Shown: piece after piece, positions 1 to 10,494 of the stretch
How positions within the stretch are numbered: the first letter of the stretch is position 1
Layout of the letters: the number at the start of each line of letters is the position of its first letter
Origin: Saccharibacillus sacchari
GTDB lineage: Bacteria; Bacillota; Bacilli; Paenibacillales; Paenibacillaceae
Length of the DNA: 64,000 nt
Assembly (NCBI RefSeq): GCF_037722395.1
Contig: NZ_JBBKAR010000033.1
Location: forward strand, 433,390-497,389
Direction of reading: 5' to 3'
Translations under genes and position numbers: made by a program
Notes under the pieces: model-generated
Seen by the model: only the letters and a program-made list of their open reading frames with translations
What the model was told of the DNA's origin: nothing
Databases searched by the model: none

Positions 1-471
1 GGACAGGCTTTGGCTGAACTTGTTTCGATGCGAGGTTCGGAAGGCAATCATTTGACGGCGGATTGTCGTTTAAGATTGACTAACCTTATGGCAGCGCATG
101 AAGAGCTGGCTCGCCTGGCTCCGACTGTTGTCGACGATTACCGGACGAAGCTAAGGCAGAGATTATCCGAATTGCAGGACGGAAGTTTCGTGGTGGACGA
201 ATTCCGTCTGGGTATGGAAATCGCACTTTTCGCGGATCGTTGCAGTATTGATGAAGAATTGGCGAGACTGCGAAGTCACTTCGACCAATGCTCGGAGCTG
301 CTGGGCAATAGCGAAGCAAAAGGGCGCAAGCTGGACTTTTTGATTCAGGAAATGAATAGAGAGGTCAATACGATTGGCTCGAAGGCGAATCATTTGGCGC
401 TCGGAAGCCATGTCGTCGAGATGAAGGCCGAACTTGAGAAAATGCGAGAACAGGCTGCCAATCTCGAATAA
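1..471 (+). CDS. YicC/YloC-family stress-induced protein, C-terminal portion. The 5' end lies off-window because the reading frame is open to position 1.
   Basis: The translation ends with a YicC-like C-terminal domain (…FLIQEMNREVNTIGSKAN…). It sits immediately upstream of remA-gmk-rpoZ, as in Bacillus. Confidence 0.75.
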   Translation, partial: GQALAELVSMRGSEGNHLTADCRLRLTNLMAAHEELARLAPTVVDDYRTKLRQRLSELQDGSFVVDEFRLGMEIALFADRCSIDEELARLRSHFDQCSELLGNSEAKGRKLDFLIQEMNREVNTIGSKANHLALGSHVVEMKAELEKMREQAANLE

Positions 472-532
472 CGGCCGGGCGCCTGGCCCGACTTACAGAA
501 AAAGTACCAACTAATAGGGGGAAAACCTAGAC

Positions 533-793
533 ATGGCAATCAAGCTTATTAACATCGGCTTCGGGAACATTGTATCGGCCAACCGAATCATTTCCATCGT
601 AAGCCCGGAATCCGCACCGATTAAGCGGATTATTCAGGAGGCACGAGATAGGCATATGCTGATCGATGCCACTTACGGCCGCAGAACGCGCGCCGTAATC
701 ATCACCGACAGCGATCACGTCATTTTGTCCGCGGTACAGCCGGAGACGGTCGCTCACCGACTGTCCACCAAAGACGACGATAACGACGAATAA
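533..793 (+). CDS. remA: RemA (DUF370) extracellular-matrix/biofilm regulator
   Basis: An 86-aa protein beginning [14 protein letters not shown]…[10 protein letters not shown]…, typical of RemA/YlzA. Its TAATG stop/start overlap leads into the guanylate kinase gene, which is the conserved remA-gmk order. Confidence 0.85.
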   Translation: MAIKLINIGFGNIVSANRIISIVSPESAPIKRIIQEARDRHMLIDATYGRRTRAVIITDSDHVILSAVQPETVAHRLSTKDDDNDE

Positions 794-804
794 TGGGGAG
801 AACT

Positions 805-1377
805 ATGTCTAAAGGGTTATTGATTGTATTGTCCGGACCGTCAGGAGTCGGAAAAGGGACGGTATGCAGCGCACTGCGCAAAAGATTGCCAGGGCTTGTC
901 TACTCGGTTTCCGCGACGACTCGTTCGCCTCGTGAAGGGGAGCAGCATGGCGTCAATTATTTTTTCAAAAGTCAGGAAGAGTTTCGTGATATGATTGCGA
1001 ATGACCAATTGCTGGAGTACGCGCAGTATGTCGAGAATTTCTACGGCACGCCACGTGACTTCGTTGAGCAAACGATCGAAGCAGGCAACGATATCATTCT
1101 GGAAATCGAAGTGCAAGGCGCACTCAAGGTGAAGGAGACTTTCCCCGACGGTGTATTCATTTTCCTGACGCCGCCTTCGCTTAAAGAATTGAAGGATCGA
1201 ATCGTTGGGCGCGGCACAGAGACGGAATCGGTGATCCATAACCGCATGTCGGTGGCCGAGGAAGAGATTGCCTTGATGCGTCATTACGATTATGCTGTCG
1301 TTAACGACGAGGTCGATAAAGCTTGCATGCGTATCGAATCGATCATCGTGGCCGAGCATTGCCGTATCGCCAAGTGA
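805..1377 (+). CDS. gmk: guanylate kinase
   Basis: A P-loop GPSGVGKGT is followed by guanylate kinase motifs. A GGGGAG ribosome-binding site precedes the ATG at 805. The ORF track instead begins at an upstream in-frame codon at 793. Confidence 0.93.
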   Translation: MSKGLLIVLSGPSGVGKGTVCSALRKRLPGLVYSVSATTRSPREGEQHGVNYFFKSQEEFRDMIANDQLLEYAQYVENFYGTPRDFVEQTIEAGNDIILEIEVQGALKVKETFPDGVFIFLTPPSLKELKDRIVGRGTETESVIHNRMSVAEEEIALMRHYDYAVVNDEVDKACMRIESIIVAEHCRIAK

Positions 1378-1472
1378 GTTTTTTTAAAACAGATTGCCGG
1401 AGAACCGGGCTTTTCCCTTGTCCGTGACGCTTACGCGACCGGAGCAGGGGACATACAGAGAGGACGATAAAC

Positions 1473-1712
1473 ATGCTGTATCCTTCCATCGACAAAATCA
1501 TGACCAAGGTAGATAGTAAATATTCGCTCGTTGTAGCGGCTAGCAGACGCGCAAGACAACTTCGCGAAGGTTCGGAGTCGGAACTTCAACGCCCGAAAGC
1601 ACACAAACAAGTCGGCGTAGCGCTTGAAGAAATCTACGGCGATTATATCAAAGTGGAAGCTCGCGACGAGAACGAAGTGGTCGAAGAACAAAAAGGCAAA
1701 CGGAACCTGTAA
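1473..1712 (+). CDS. rpoZ: DNA-directed RNA polymerase subunit omega
   Basis: A 79-aa protein containing …KYSLVVAASRRARQL…. Its position after gmk is conserved. A hairpin plus T8 terminator follows at 1784-1811. Confidence 0.9.
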   Translation: MLYPSIDKIMTKVDSKYSLVVAASRRARQLREGSESELQRPKAHKQVGVALEEIYGDYIKVEARDENEVVEEQKGKRNL

Positions 1713-1829
1713 AGGTTCTGTTACGCACGGCCTGGCGGCACAGGCAGGGCAGATCATGCAAAATAAGCCGTAAGGCTCCATCTCTAACAACCTCACGGTT
1801 GTTATTTTTTTTCAGGAGGGGAAAAGCGC

Positions 1830-3266
1830 ATGTTAAACGGGAAAAAGATTTTGCTCGGTGTGACCGGAGGGATTGCTGCTTACAAGGCGGCGACACTTTG
1901 CAGTCAGTTGGTCAAAGCGGGAGCACAGGTACAGGTCATCATGACGGACGCTGCCCAGCAGTTTATTCCGGCATTGACACTTCAGGTGCTGACGCGCAAT
2001 CCGGTGCATACCGATACTTTTGACGAGCACAACCCGAAAGTCGTGAATCATATCGACTTGGCGGATTGGGCCGATCTGGTGCTGGTTGCTCCGGCGACGG
2101 CAAACATCATTGGGAAACTGGCAAATGGCCTGGCCGACGACATGCTCTCTACAACATTGCTTGCCGTGACAGCTCCGCTGATGATTGCGCCTGCGATGAA
2201 TGTTCATATGTATACCCATCCTGCTGTCGTGCACAATATGCAGACGCTGGTTGATCGCGGCGCCCTTATGATCGAACCGGGCGACGGTATGCTGGCTTGC
2301 GGTTACGTGGGCAAAGGACGCTTGGAAGAACCGGAGACGATCGTGGAAATATTGCGCCGTTTCTTCGAAAAACGCGAGGTCGGCGGAACTTCGCGTGCGG
2401 AAAGCTTTGCGCCGTCCGAACGTTCGGATACGGCCGATACCGATATTCATGATCCGGGGCCGGAACCGTTCGTGTCTGCCGCAAGTACGGATGAAAATGC
2501 GAACCCAAGCGGCGAAACGTTGTTTGCAACGGCCGGAGGGGCTTCGGAACATGGACTTGCCGGCGACCTGACTTCTGCGGGAACAGCCAAATACTCTGTA
2601 CAAGGCCCGTTATCCGGCAAAAAAATCGTGGTGACCGCAGGCGGTACGATCGAGCGGATCGATCCGGTCCGTTATATCACCAACGATTCGTCGGGCAAAA
2701 TGGGCATCGCTTTGGCTCAAGCCGCGCAAGATTTGGGCGCCGAAGTCAAGCTGATCGCGGGCAAAGTGCAGGTTCAGCTCCCGGCAGGCATCCCGACGCT
2801 TCGCATCGAATCTGCCGAAGACATGTACGAAGCTTGCCTGAACGAATGGGGCAAAACGGATATACTCATCATGTCCGCCGCGATTGCCGATTACCGGCCG
2901 AAGTCCAGTTCCCCGCGCAAGATCAAGAAAGTCGGCGATACGATGGCGCTGGAACTGGTCAAGACCGTGGATGTGCTGCAAACGCTCGGCTCGCAAAAAG
3001 AACATCAATTCCTGATCGGTTTTGCGGCCGAGACGCATGATTTGGACACGTACGCGGCCGAAAAGCTGCAACGCAAAAACTGCGACCTGCTCGTAGCCAA
3101 CGACGTGACGCAGACCGGAGCCGGCTTCGGATCGGATACCAATATCGTGCGGTTGTTCGGCCCGGAAGGACGTATCGCCGATCTTCCGAAGCAGTCCAAG
3201 TACGATACGGCTCGCGAAATTCTGCTTGAAGCTTCGCGTCGTTTGGAAAAGGGAGCAGTGCGATGA
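1830..3266 (+). CDS. coaBC: bifunctional phosphopantothenoylcysteine decarboxylase / phosphopantothenate-cysteine ligase
   Basis: The N-terminal flavoprotein (CoaC) domain and the C-terminal CoaB domain are both recognisable. They are separated by an unusually long (~80 aa) low-complexity linker. Confidence 0.9.
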   Translation: MLNGKKILLGVTGGIAAYKAATLCSQLVKAGAQVQVIMTDAAQQFIPALTLQVLTRNPVHTDTFDEHNPKVVNHIDLADWADLVLVAPATANIIGKLANGLADDMLSTTLLAVTAPLMIAPAMNVHMYTHPAVVHNMQTLVDRGALMIEPGDGMLACGYVGKGRLEEPETIVEILRRFFEKREVGGTSRAESFAPSERSDTADTDIHDPGPEPFVSAASTDENANPSGETLFATAGGASEHGLAGDLTSAGTAKYSVQGPLSGKKIVVTAGGTIERIDPVRYITNDSSGKMGIALAQAAQDLGAEVKLIAGKVQVQLPAGIPTLRIESAEDMYEACLNEWGKTDILIMSAAIADYRPKSSSPRKIKKVGDTMALELVKTVDVLQTLGSQKEHQFLIGFAAETHDLDTYAAEKLQRKNCDLLVANDVTQTGAGFGSDTNIVRLFGPEGRIADLPKQSKYDTAREILLEASRRLEKGAVR

Positions 3267-5836
3267 ATTTCGCGCGGGTCATCGTGGACGTACCGGTGCG
3301 GGCGGTAAGCCGGCCGTTCGACTACCGGATTCCGCCTGAAATGCAAGAATGGATTGCCGTCGGCAGCCGGGTCGGAGTACCTTTCGGCGGCCGGACGGTG
3401 CAAGGATTCGTCGTTGGATTGACGGACGAAAGCGAATATAAGCACGGACGGATCAAAAACATTCGAGAGCTGCTCGATCTGGTTCCCCCGCTACCGGAGG
3501 ATCTGGTCGAACTTGGGGGTTGGATTGCGGATAAATATGCTTGCCATAAGACCATGGCGCTGCAAGCGATGATCCCGTCGGCGTTGAAAGGCAAGGCCGA
3601 GCGATTTATTCATGCCGCGCAGCCGGATGCCGATATCGAGGAGCATGAAGAAATCGGGCGGTTGCTCGCCGATATCCCGGAAGACACGGATGAGCTATCT
3701 TTGTTTGGCAGTCCATCCAACGCTGATGTGCCTTCGGCGAACGAAATTTTGGAATATGTACGCAATCGCGGTCAGGTTAAAGCGGAACAGCTTCGTCAGA
3801 ACTTCCCTGGCCGCGAGAAAACGGTACAAGCCTTGATTCGGGGCGGACTGCTTTTTGAAAGCCAGGAAATTCGCGATCGGATGGGTCGGAAAACGGTCAA
3901 AACCGTGACGTTGAACGTAGATGCGCAGCAGGCTGAGGAAGAACTGGAACGTTTCCCGGCGCGTGCAAAAAAGCAAAAGGAAGTCTTCGAGTTCCTGATG
4001 CAGATCGGCGTACCGATGGCGATGAAGGAAGTACTCAGCCACCTTGGCGTAACGGCAAGCACCGTGAAATCGCTCGAAGAAAAAGGTTTGGTTAAAATGG
4101 AGGACGTGGAAGTCTTCCGCGATCCTTACGCAGGCCGCGACTTCAAACCGAGCGAGCCGCCCAAGCTGACTGGTGAGCAGCAACAGGTGTACGATGCCGT
4201 CATAGCCCGATTGAACGCACGTCGAGAAGGCGTGTTCTTGCTGCACGGCATCACCGGTAGCGGCAAGACCGAAGTTTACCTTCAGTCGATCCAACTGTGC
4301 ATTGCCCAAGGCCGGCAGGCGATCGTGCTCGTGCCGGAGATTTCGCTGACGCCGCAAATGGTCGAACGGTTCAAAAGCCGCTTCGGCTCCAAAGTCGCGG
4401 TCATGCACAGCCGTCTGTCGGGCGGGGAGCGTTACGACGAATGGCGCAAAATTCGCGAAGGACGGGTACAGGTCGCGATCGGGGCCCGTTCCGCGATTTT
4501 CGCGCCGTTCAAAGACATCGGTCTGATCGTGATGGACGAAGAACACGAGTCTTCTTACAAGCAGGAAGAAAGCCCGAAATACCATGCGCGCAACGTAGCC
4601 GTCAAACGCGCGGAACAGCACAACGCGGTCGTTATTCTCGGTTCCGCCACGCCGTCGCTGGAATCGTATCACGCGGCAAGATCGCAAAGCGATCCGCATT
4701 TCTCGCCCGTACTGGCGGAAATCTCGCTACGGGCGCTTGGAAGCGAACTGCCCGGCGTCCAGATCGTCGATATGCGCGAGGAACTTAAAGAAGGCAACCG
4801 CTCGATGTTCAGCCGGGATTTGCATAAAGCGATCGAGCAACGTCTGGAGCGGGGCGAACAAACGGTGCTGCTGCTTAATCGCCGCGGCTACTCGACATTC
4901 GTGATGTGCCGTACCTGCGGTTATGTCGCCGAATGTCCGAACTGCGATATCTCGCTGACGTTCCATCAACGTTCCAATAATCTGCGCTGTCATTATTGCG
5001 GTCATTCGGAACCGGTGCCCGAGACTTGTCCGGAATGCGGAAGCGAACATATCCGTTATTTCGGCACGGGAACGCAGCGCGTCGAAGAAGAATTGGCGAA
5101 GTTGTTCCCCGGTATTCGCGTGGTGCGGATGGACGTCGATACAACAAGCGAAAAAGGGTCGCACGAGAAACTTTTGCAGCGATTCCGGGATAAAAAGGCC
5201 GACGTGCTGCTCGGTACGCAGATGGTCGCCAAAGGTCTGGATTTCCCGGACGTAACGCTGGTCGGAGTCATCGCAGCCGATTCCGCGCTCAACTTGCCGG
5301 ATTTCCGAGCGGGAGAAAAAACATTCCAACTGCTGACGCAGGTTGCGGGACGCGCGGGACGACATCATCTGCCGGGCGAAGTGTTTATCCAGTCGTATAA
5401 CCCGGATCATTACTCGATTCAGCACGCTTCGAAGCATGATTATCATTCGTTCGTGCGCGAAGAGTTGGGCCATCGGCGCAAATTGGGCTATCCGCCGTAC
5501 TGCCGCTTGATTCTGGTGACGTTTTCGCATGAGCAGCTTCCGGTCGTCGTGCGCATGGCGGAGAACTATGCGGCTATGGTCAAAGAAAAAGCGCGTGCGC
5601 GCGGTTGGTTGGCCCGTATGGATAAATTGGCACCGAACGTGCTTGATTTGCTTGGGCCGATCGCCTCCCCGATTCCTCGGATCAAGAATAGATACCGATT
5701 TCAATGTATGATAAAATGGCGTGGAGAAATGGACGCTGCCCTGCTGGCGCGGGAAATCGCGGATGAACTGGAAGATACGGCGAAGGAGCAGGATCTGCTC
5801 ATCAGCATCGACGTGGACCCTCAGGTCATGATGTGA
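3263..5836 (+). CDS. priA: primosomal protein N' (PriA helicase)
   Basis: An 857-aa protein with Walker A GITGSGKT, a DEEH box, a Cys-rich zinc-binding region (CxxC ×4) and a C-terminal helicase domain. It overlaps coaBC in an ATGA junction. Confidence 0.95.
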   Translation: MNFARVIVDVPVRAVSRPFDYRIPPEMQEWIAVGSRVGVPFGGRTVQGFVVGLTDESEYKHGRIKNIRELLDLVPPLPEDLVELGGWIADKYACHKTMALQAMIPSALKGKAERFIHAAQPDADIEEHEEIGRLLADIPEDTDELSLFGSPSNADVPSANEILEYVRNRGQVKAEQLRQNFPGREKTVQALIRGGLLFESQEIRDRMGRKTVKTVTLNVDAQQAEEELERFPARAKKQKEVFEFLMQIGVPMAMKEVLSHLGVTASTVKSLEEKGLVKMEDVEVFRDPYAGRDFKPSEPPKLTGEQQQVYDAVIARLNARREGVFLLHGITGSGKTEVYLQSIQLCIAQGRQAIVLVPEISLTPQMVERFKSRFGSKVAVMHSRLSGGERYDEWRKIREGRVQVAIGARSAIFAPFKDIGLIVMDEEHESSYKQEESPKYHARNVAVKRAEQHNAVVILGSATPSLESYHAARSQSDPHFSPVLAEISLRALGSELPGVQIVDMREELKEGNRSMFSRDLHKAIEQRLERGEQTVLLLNRRGYSTFVMCRTCGYVAECPNCDISLTFHQRSNNLRCHYCGHSEPVPETCPECGSEHIRYFGTGTQRVEEELAKLFPGIRVVRMDVDTTSEKGSHEKLLQRFRDKKADVLLGTQMVAKGLDFPDVTLVGVIAADSALNLPDFRAGEKTFQLLTQVAGRAGRHHLPGEVFIQSYNPDHYSIQHASKHDYHSFVREELGHRRKLGYPPYCRLILVTFSHEQLPVVVRMAENYAAMVKEKARARGWLARMDKLAPNVLDLLGPIASPIPRIKNRYRFQCMIKWRGEMDAALLAREIADELEDTAKEQDLLISIDVDPQVMM

Positions 5837-5926
5837 CGCGGTCCTCCGCGTCTTTTTTATGGGCTGGGCAGGTACGTGATGCACGGCAAACACAGATAGA
5901 ATTGACTACACGTTTGAGGAAGGTGC

Positions 5927-6415
5927 TTGGCAATGGGAATTCGTATGATCGTAAAAGAACCGGACGAGGTTTTGCATAAAAGAGCAAAAGAAGTCACAAA
6001 AATTACGCCCAACGTACAAAAGCTTATGGCTGATATGGCCGAGACGATGTATGACGCGGACGGCGTAGGTCTTGCGGCTCCGCAGGTCGGTATTTTGAAG
6101 CGGATTATCGTGATCGACGTCGGAGACGACAACGGCTTGATCGCGATGATTAACCCGGAGATCGTCGAAAAAAGCGGCGAACAGTTCGGCATCGAAGGAT
6201 GCTTGAGCATTCCCGGGTTGAACGGAGACGTGCGTCGCGCCATGACGGTAACGGTAAAAGGCTTGAACCGGGACGGCGAAGAGTTCACGGTTACGGGCAG
6301 CGAGCTGTTGGCGCGTGCCTTCCAGCATGAAATCGACCATTTGGATGGAATCTTATTTACCGACGTGGCCGAAAAAGTCTATGAACCTGTCCGGGAAAGC
6401 GCGGCAAAGGAGTGA
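5927..6415 (+). CDS. def: peptide deformylase
   Basis: The three deformylase motifs are present: GVGLAAPQ, EGCLS and HEIDHL. Confidence 0.95.
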   Translation: MAMGIRMIVKEPDEVLHKRAKEVTKITPNVQKLMADMAETMYDADGVGLAAPQVGILKRIIVIDVGDDNGLIAMINPEIVEKSGEQFGIEGCLSIPGLNGDVRRAMTVTVKGLNRDGEEFTVTGSELLARAFQHEIDHLDGILFTDVAEKVYEPVRESAAKE

Positions 6416-6420
6416 GCGAA

Positions 6421-7362
6421 ATGAAAAGAATCGTATTTATGGGAACTCCGCAATTTGCGGTATCCTGCCTGGAAGCTCTGTTGGAATCGGAATGCAATAT
6501 CGTAGCGGTTGTGACTCAACCCGACCGTCCTCAAGGACGCAAGAAAATACTGACGCCTTCTCCGGTCAAAGAAGCGGCATTGAAGCACCATCTGCCTGTG
6601 CTTCAGCCGGAACGGATGCGCAATAAAGAAGCCGTCGAAGAGTTGGCTTCGTTCCATCCGGATCTGATCGTCACAGCGGCATACGGCCAAATTTTGCCGA
6701 AGTCGCTGCTGGAAGTGCCGGAGCTTGGCTGCGTGAACGTGCATGGATCGCTGCTGCCCGCTTACCGCGGAGGAGCGCCGATTCAGCGTTCGATCATCAA
6801 CGGAGAGAGCAAAACAGGCATCACGTTGATGTACATGGCCGAGGGACTGGATACAGGCGATATGATCGCGGTCGAGGAAGTCGAGATTACGGACGAAGAT
6901 ACGTCGGGCACTTTGTTCGAAAAAATGGGCGTAGCCGGAGCTGCGCTGCTTAAACGCGAGCTTCCGCGTCTTTTGGCAGGCCGGGTTGACGCGCAACCGC
7001 AGGACGAATCGTTGGCTACGTATGCGCCTAACCTGACGCGCCAGGACGAAATGATCGATTGGACACGTTCGTCCCGGCAAATTTTCAATCAGGTACGCGG
7101 ACTGTCGCCATTTTCGGGTGGATATACGCTGTGGAACGGTGAAGTATTCAAGGTATGGGAAGTAGAGCGCCCCGAAGAAAACGGACCCGAAGCCGGAGCT
7201 GCGCCGGGAACCGTTCTTGACGTGAACAATAAAGCCATCGTTGTCGCTTGCGGCGACGGTGCAGTACGGCTGACGAAAGTTCAACCAGCCGGTAAAAAGG
7301 CAATGCTTGTATCCGAGTTTGCTCGGGGTACGGCTATGCAGGCAGGGACGGTGCTGGGATGA
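6421..7362 (+). CDS. fmt: methionyl-tRNA formyltransferase
   Basis: The N-terminal formyltransferase domain MKRIVFMGTPQFAV…, HGSLLP and a C-terminal domain are present. The def-fmt-rsmB order is conserved. A ribosome-binding site AAGGAGTG precedes the ATG at 6421. Confidence 0.93.
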   Translation: MKRIVFMGTPQFAVSCLEALLESECNIVAVVTQPDRPQGRKKILTPSPVKEAALKHHLPVLQPERMRNKEAVEELASFHPDLIVTAAYGQILPKSLLEVPELGCVNVHGSLLPAYRGGAPIQRSIINGESKTGITLMYMAEGLDTGDMIAVEEVEITDEDTSGTLFEKMGVAGAALLKRELPRLLAGRVDAQPQDESLATYAPNLTRQDEMIDWTRSSRQIFNQVRGLSPFSGGYTLWNGEVFKVWEVERPEENGPEAGAAPGTVLDVNNKAIVVACGDGAVRLTKVQPAGKKAMLVSEFARGTAMQAGTVLG

Positions 7363-9230
7363 GCGAGAATAACGGGAAAAGTCCGGAAGGATCGGGTATT
7401 CGCATGTTCGGCGGCGGATCAAAACCCGCAGGGGGATTCGATCCAAACAAGTCGCCAGAGCGCAAAAAAGCTTCGGACGATAAAAAGTCGACAACCGGCA
7501 AAAAAACGGATGATCGAAAAAAAGGCTCGTTTAGCCGCAGCAATGCCTCGGGCGCAGCGAAACGGATCGAAGCCAAGTCCGGCGGTGCAAAACCGAAAAC
7601 AAGCAGTTCGGCAAAAGCAGGCGTAAAATCCAAGTCTGATCCTGCCGGAAAGCCGGCCCTGCACACTAAGTCGAATTTCAAGCCTGCTGCCAAGCCGGGA
7701 ACATCGGCGTCGGCGAACCGAACCAAGCCGACAAGCGCATCCGAGCGTATTGCGGCCAAAGCCGCAAAAGGCGGAGCCCAACCGATGACTTCGGCAAGCA
7801 GAGGCGAAAAAGCTCTATCCGGTGCCGCACGGCGTGGGCAATCGGCTCCTGCGGCAAAAGGCGTCGAACAACCACGCAGACGCAAAATCGAATTAACCGC
7901 TCGCGAAGTCGCGTTGAACGTACTGACCAGCGTTGACGAAAACGCGTCGTACAGCAATCTGCTGTTGAACCGTTCGCTTCAGCAAGCCGAGTTGAGTCCG
8001 GCGGATGCCGGGCTTGCGACTGAGCTGGTATACGGTACGATCGCGCGCCAAGCTACGCTTGATTATTTTTTGAACCTTTTTATCAAAAGCGAAGTGAAGC
8101 GTCTGAATCCATGGGTGCGCAGTCTGGCCCGGATGTCGCTGTATCAAATCCGTTACCTGGACCGGATTCCGGCCCATGCGGCGGTTAACGAAGCGGTAGA
8201 GATTGCCAAGAAGCGCGGACACCAAGGGATCGCGTCCATGATCAACGGCGTATTGCGCAGCATCCTTCGCGAAGGCGATACGCTGGCGATCCCGGACGAC
8301 CTGCCGACGGCGGAACGGATTGCTTTGCAGCATTCGCATCCGCAATGGCTGGTTGAACGCTGGATTACCCAATACGGCGAAGAAACGGCGGAAGCGGTCT
8401 GCGCATCGAACAATCAGCCGCCGAAGGTCAGCATTCGCGTGAATACGTTAAAAGCCGACCGCGACGAACTGATGCGCGAGCTGGAAAACGAAGGGCGCAC
8501 GGTGCGTGCATCGGAACTGTCGCGATTCGGTATTATCGTCGAAAGCGGCGGCAACATGGCGAACGACCATTTGTACCGCGACGGACGCTTCAGCATTCAG
8601 GACGAGAGTTCCATGCTGGTCGCCGAAGCGCTGGCAGCCGAACCGGGCATGAGCGTGCTGGACTGCTGCGCGGCTCCCGGCGGCAAAACGGCCCATATCG
8701 CCGAAAAAATGGGCAACAAAGGACGTATCGTTGCCAACGATTTGCATGAGCATAAGCAGGGATTGATCATGGAACAGGCCGAGCGTCTGGGATTGTCAGG
8801 TATCGAGTCGAGTGTCGGCGACGCGATGGCGTTAAAAGATCAATTCGAGCCGGCTTCGTTTGACCGCGTGCTGCTCGACGCACCTTGCTCCGGCTTCGGC
8901 GTCATTCGTCGCAAGCCGGATCTTCGTTGGGCGAAAACGCCTGACGACGCCGCTTCGATCGCGCGTCTTCAACGTCAAATGCTGAGCGCCGTATCCGGTC
9001 TGGTGAAGCCGGGCGGGATTCTGGTGTACAGCACATGCACGATCGAGCGGGAAGAGAACCAACGGGCGGTTGCCGAATTCCTGCGCGATCACGCGGAATT
9101 CATTGCGGAGCCTTTTGAAGTGCCTGCATTGGAAGCTCTGCCGCAGGCAGGCGGAGCCGGCGTTCAGATCCTCCCGAATCAGTTCGGTTCGGACGGATTC
9201 TATATTGCACGGCTGCGTCGCAGAAGTTAA
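7359..9230 (+). CDS. rsmB: 16S rRNA (cytosine967-C5)-methyltransferase RsmB/Sun with a ~180-aa basic low-complexity N-terminal extension
   Basis: The C-terminal ~440 aa carry the NusB-like domain and a SAM-dependent methyltransferase fold (…DCCAAPGGKT…, …DAPCSG…, catalytic Cys in …YSTCT…). The N-terminal ~180 aa are Lys/Ala/Ser-rich. Confidence 0.85.
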   Translation: MSENNGKSPEGSGIRMFGGGSKPAGGFDPNKSPERKKASDDKKSTTGKKTDDRKKGSFSRSNASGAAKRIEAKSGGAKPKTSSSAKAGVKSKSDPAGKPALHTKSNFKPAAKPGTSASANRTKPTSASERIAAKAAKGGAQPMTSASRGEKALSGAARRGQSAPAAKGVEQPRRRKIELTAREVALNVLTSVDENASYSNLLLNRSLQQAELSPADAGLATELVYGTIARQATLDYFLNLFIKSEVKRLNPWVRSLARMSLYQIRYLDRIPAHAAVNEAVEIAKKRGHQGIASMINGVLRSILREGDTLAIPDDLPTAERIALQHSHPQWLVERWITQYGEETAEAVCASNNQPPKVSIRVNTLKADRDELMRELENEGRTVRASELSRFGIIVESGGNMANDHLYRDGRFSIQDESSMLVAEALAAEPGMSVLDCCAAPGGKTAHIAEKMGNKGRIVANDLHEHKQGLIMEQAERLGLSGIESSVGDAMALKDQFEPASFDRVLLDAPCSGFGVIRRKPDLRWAKTPDDAASIARLQRQMLSAVSGLVKPGGILVYSTCTIEREENQRAVAEFLRDHAEFIAEPFEVPALEALPQAGGAGVQILPNQFGSDGFYIARLRRRS

Positions 9231-9420
9231 AAGCTAAGGTTTTTTTTCGAAATTGCCGATAACAGGTTCAGTTGCTTTTGAGTGAAAAAGAGGAACCGCC
9301 GCCGAAGCCTATACGGATCGGCAGGGGTTCCTCTTTAGCATGAACGGCTTTTGTGCTAATATAGATAAGATGGAAACCGATAAAGTCAACACAGTCAATA
9401 AAATCAACGAACAGGGGATA

Positions 9421-10488
9421 ATGAACACCATGAAACCTTTTATATACGACTATAATCTCGATGAGCTGCGCGAGTGGGTCAAAGCCAGCGGCGAAGCCGC
9501 GTTCCGCGCCGATCAGATTTTCGACTGGCTGTACGTCAAGCGCGTATCCAGCTTCGAAGAAATGACCAACCTATCCAAAGCGTTGCGTCAAAAGATGGAC
9601 GATCATTTCGCGTTCGTCACGCTGAACGAAATCACCAAGTTCCAGTCCAAAGACGGCACGGTGAAATTTTTGTTCGGTCTGCATGACGAGCACGCGATCG
9701 AGACCGTTATCATGAACCACAATTACGGCAACAGCGTCTGCGTGACGACACAAGTCGGCTGCCGCATCGGCTGCACGTTCTGCGCGTCCACGCTGGGCGG
9801 ACTGAAGCGCAATCTGACCGCGGGCGAGATCGTGGCACAGGTCGTCGAAGCGCAAAAAATGCTCGACAAAGAAGGCGAGCGCGTAAGCAGCATCGTCATC
9901 ATGGGCTCCGGCGAGCCTTTCGAAAACTATGAAGCGACGATGACTTTCCTGCGCATCATGATCCACGAAAAAGGACTGAATATCGGTCAGCGGCACATCA
10001 CCGTTTCCACAAGCGGCATCGTTCCGAACATCTACAAATTCGCGGACGAAGACACGCAGATCAACCTGGCGATTTCCATCCACGCGCCGAACGACAAGCT
10101 GCGTTCCAAGCTGATGCCGGTTAACCGTCGCTTCCCGTTCGATGACGTGATGGCTTCGCTGGATTACTATTTCGAAAAAACAGGCCGTCGCCTGACGTTC
10201 GAATACGCACTGATCGGCGGCGTCAACGACCAAGCCGAGCACGCGCAGGAGCTGGCAGACGTGTTGAAGACGCGGATGGCGCATGTCAACCTGATCCCGG
10301 TCAACCATGTACCGGAACGCAAATACGTCCGTACATCGCGTAGCGACATTTTCAACTTCCAACGGATTCTGATCGAAAATGGCATCAATGCGACCATCCG
10401 ACGCGAACAAGGCCACGATATTGCTGCGGCGTGCGGTCAATTGCGTGCGAAGCATATGGAAAAAGGACAGGAAAAGGCTGCGAGGTGA
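9421..10488 (+). CDS. rlmN: dual-specificity rRNA/tRNA m2A radical-SAM methyltransferase RlmN
   Basis: A CxxxCxxC radical-SAM motif ([13 protein letters not shown]) is present, and the position after rsmB is conserved. The start is taken at MNTMKPF… because of the ribosome-binding site; the ORF track starts it 81 nt upstream. Confidence 0.93.
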   Translation: MNTMKPFIYDYNLDELREWVKASGEAAFRADQIFDWLYVKRVSSFEEMTNLSKALRQKMDDHFAFVTLNEITKFQSKDGTVKFLFGLHDEHAIETVIMNHNYGNSVCVTTQVGCRIGCTFCASTLGGLKRNLTAGEIVAQVVEAQKMLDKEGERVSSIVIMGSGEPFENYEATMTFLRIMIHEKGLNIGQRHITVSTSGIVPNIYKFADEDTQINLAISIHAPNDKLRSKLMPVNRRFPFDDVMASLDYYFEKTGRRLTFEYALIGGVNDQAEHAQELADVLKTRMAHVNLIPVNHVPERKYVRTSRSDIFNFQRILIENGINATIRREQGHDIAAACGQLRAKHMEKGQEKAAR

Positions 10489-10494
10489 GTTAGG

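Noticed and set aside
3695-5893. Long minus-strand ORFs (334 aa and 388 aa) inside priA
   Set aside because: They lie entirely antisense to a well-supported helicase gene. Their composition is Arg/His-rich, which is typical of spurious antisense ORFs in GC-rich coding DNA. There is no ribosome-binding site.
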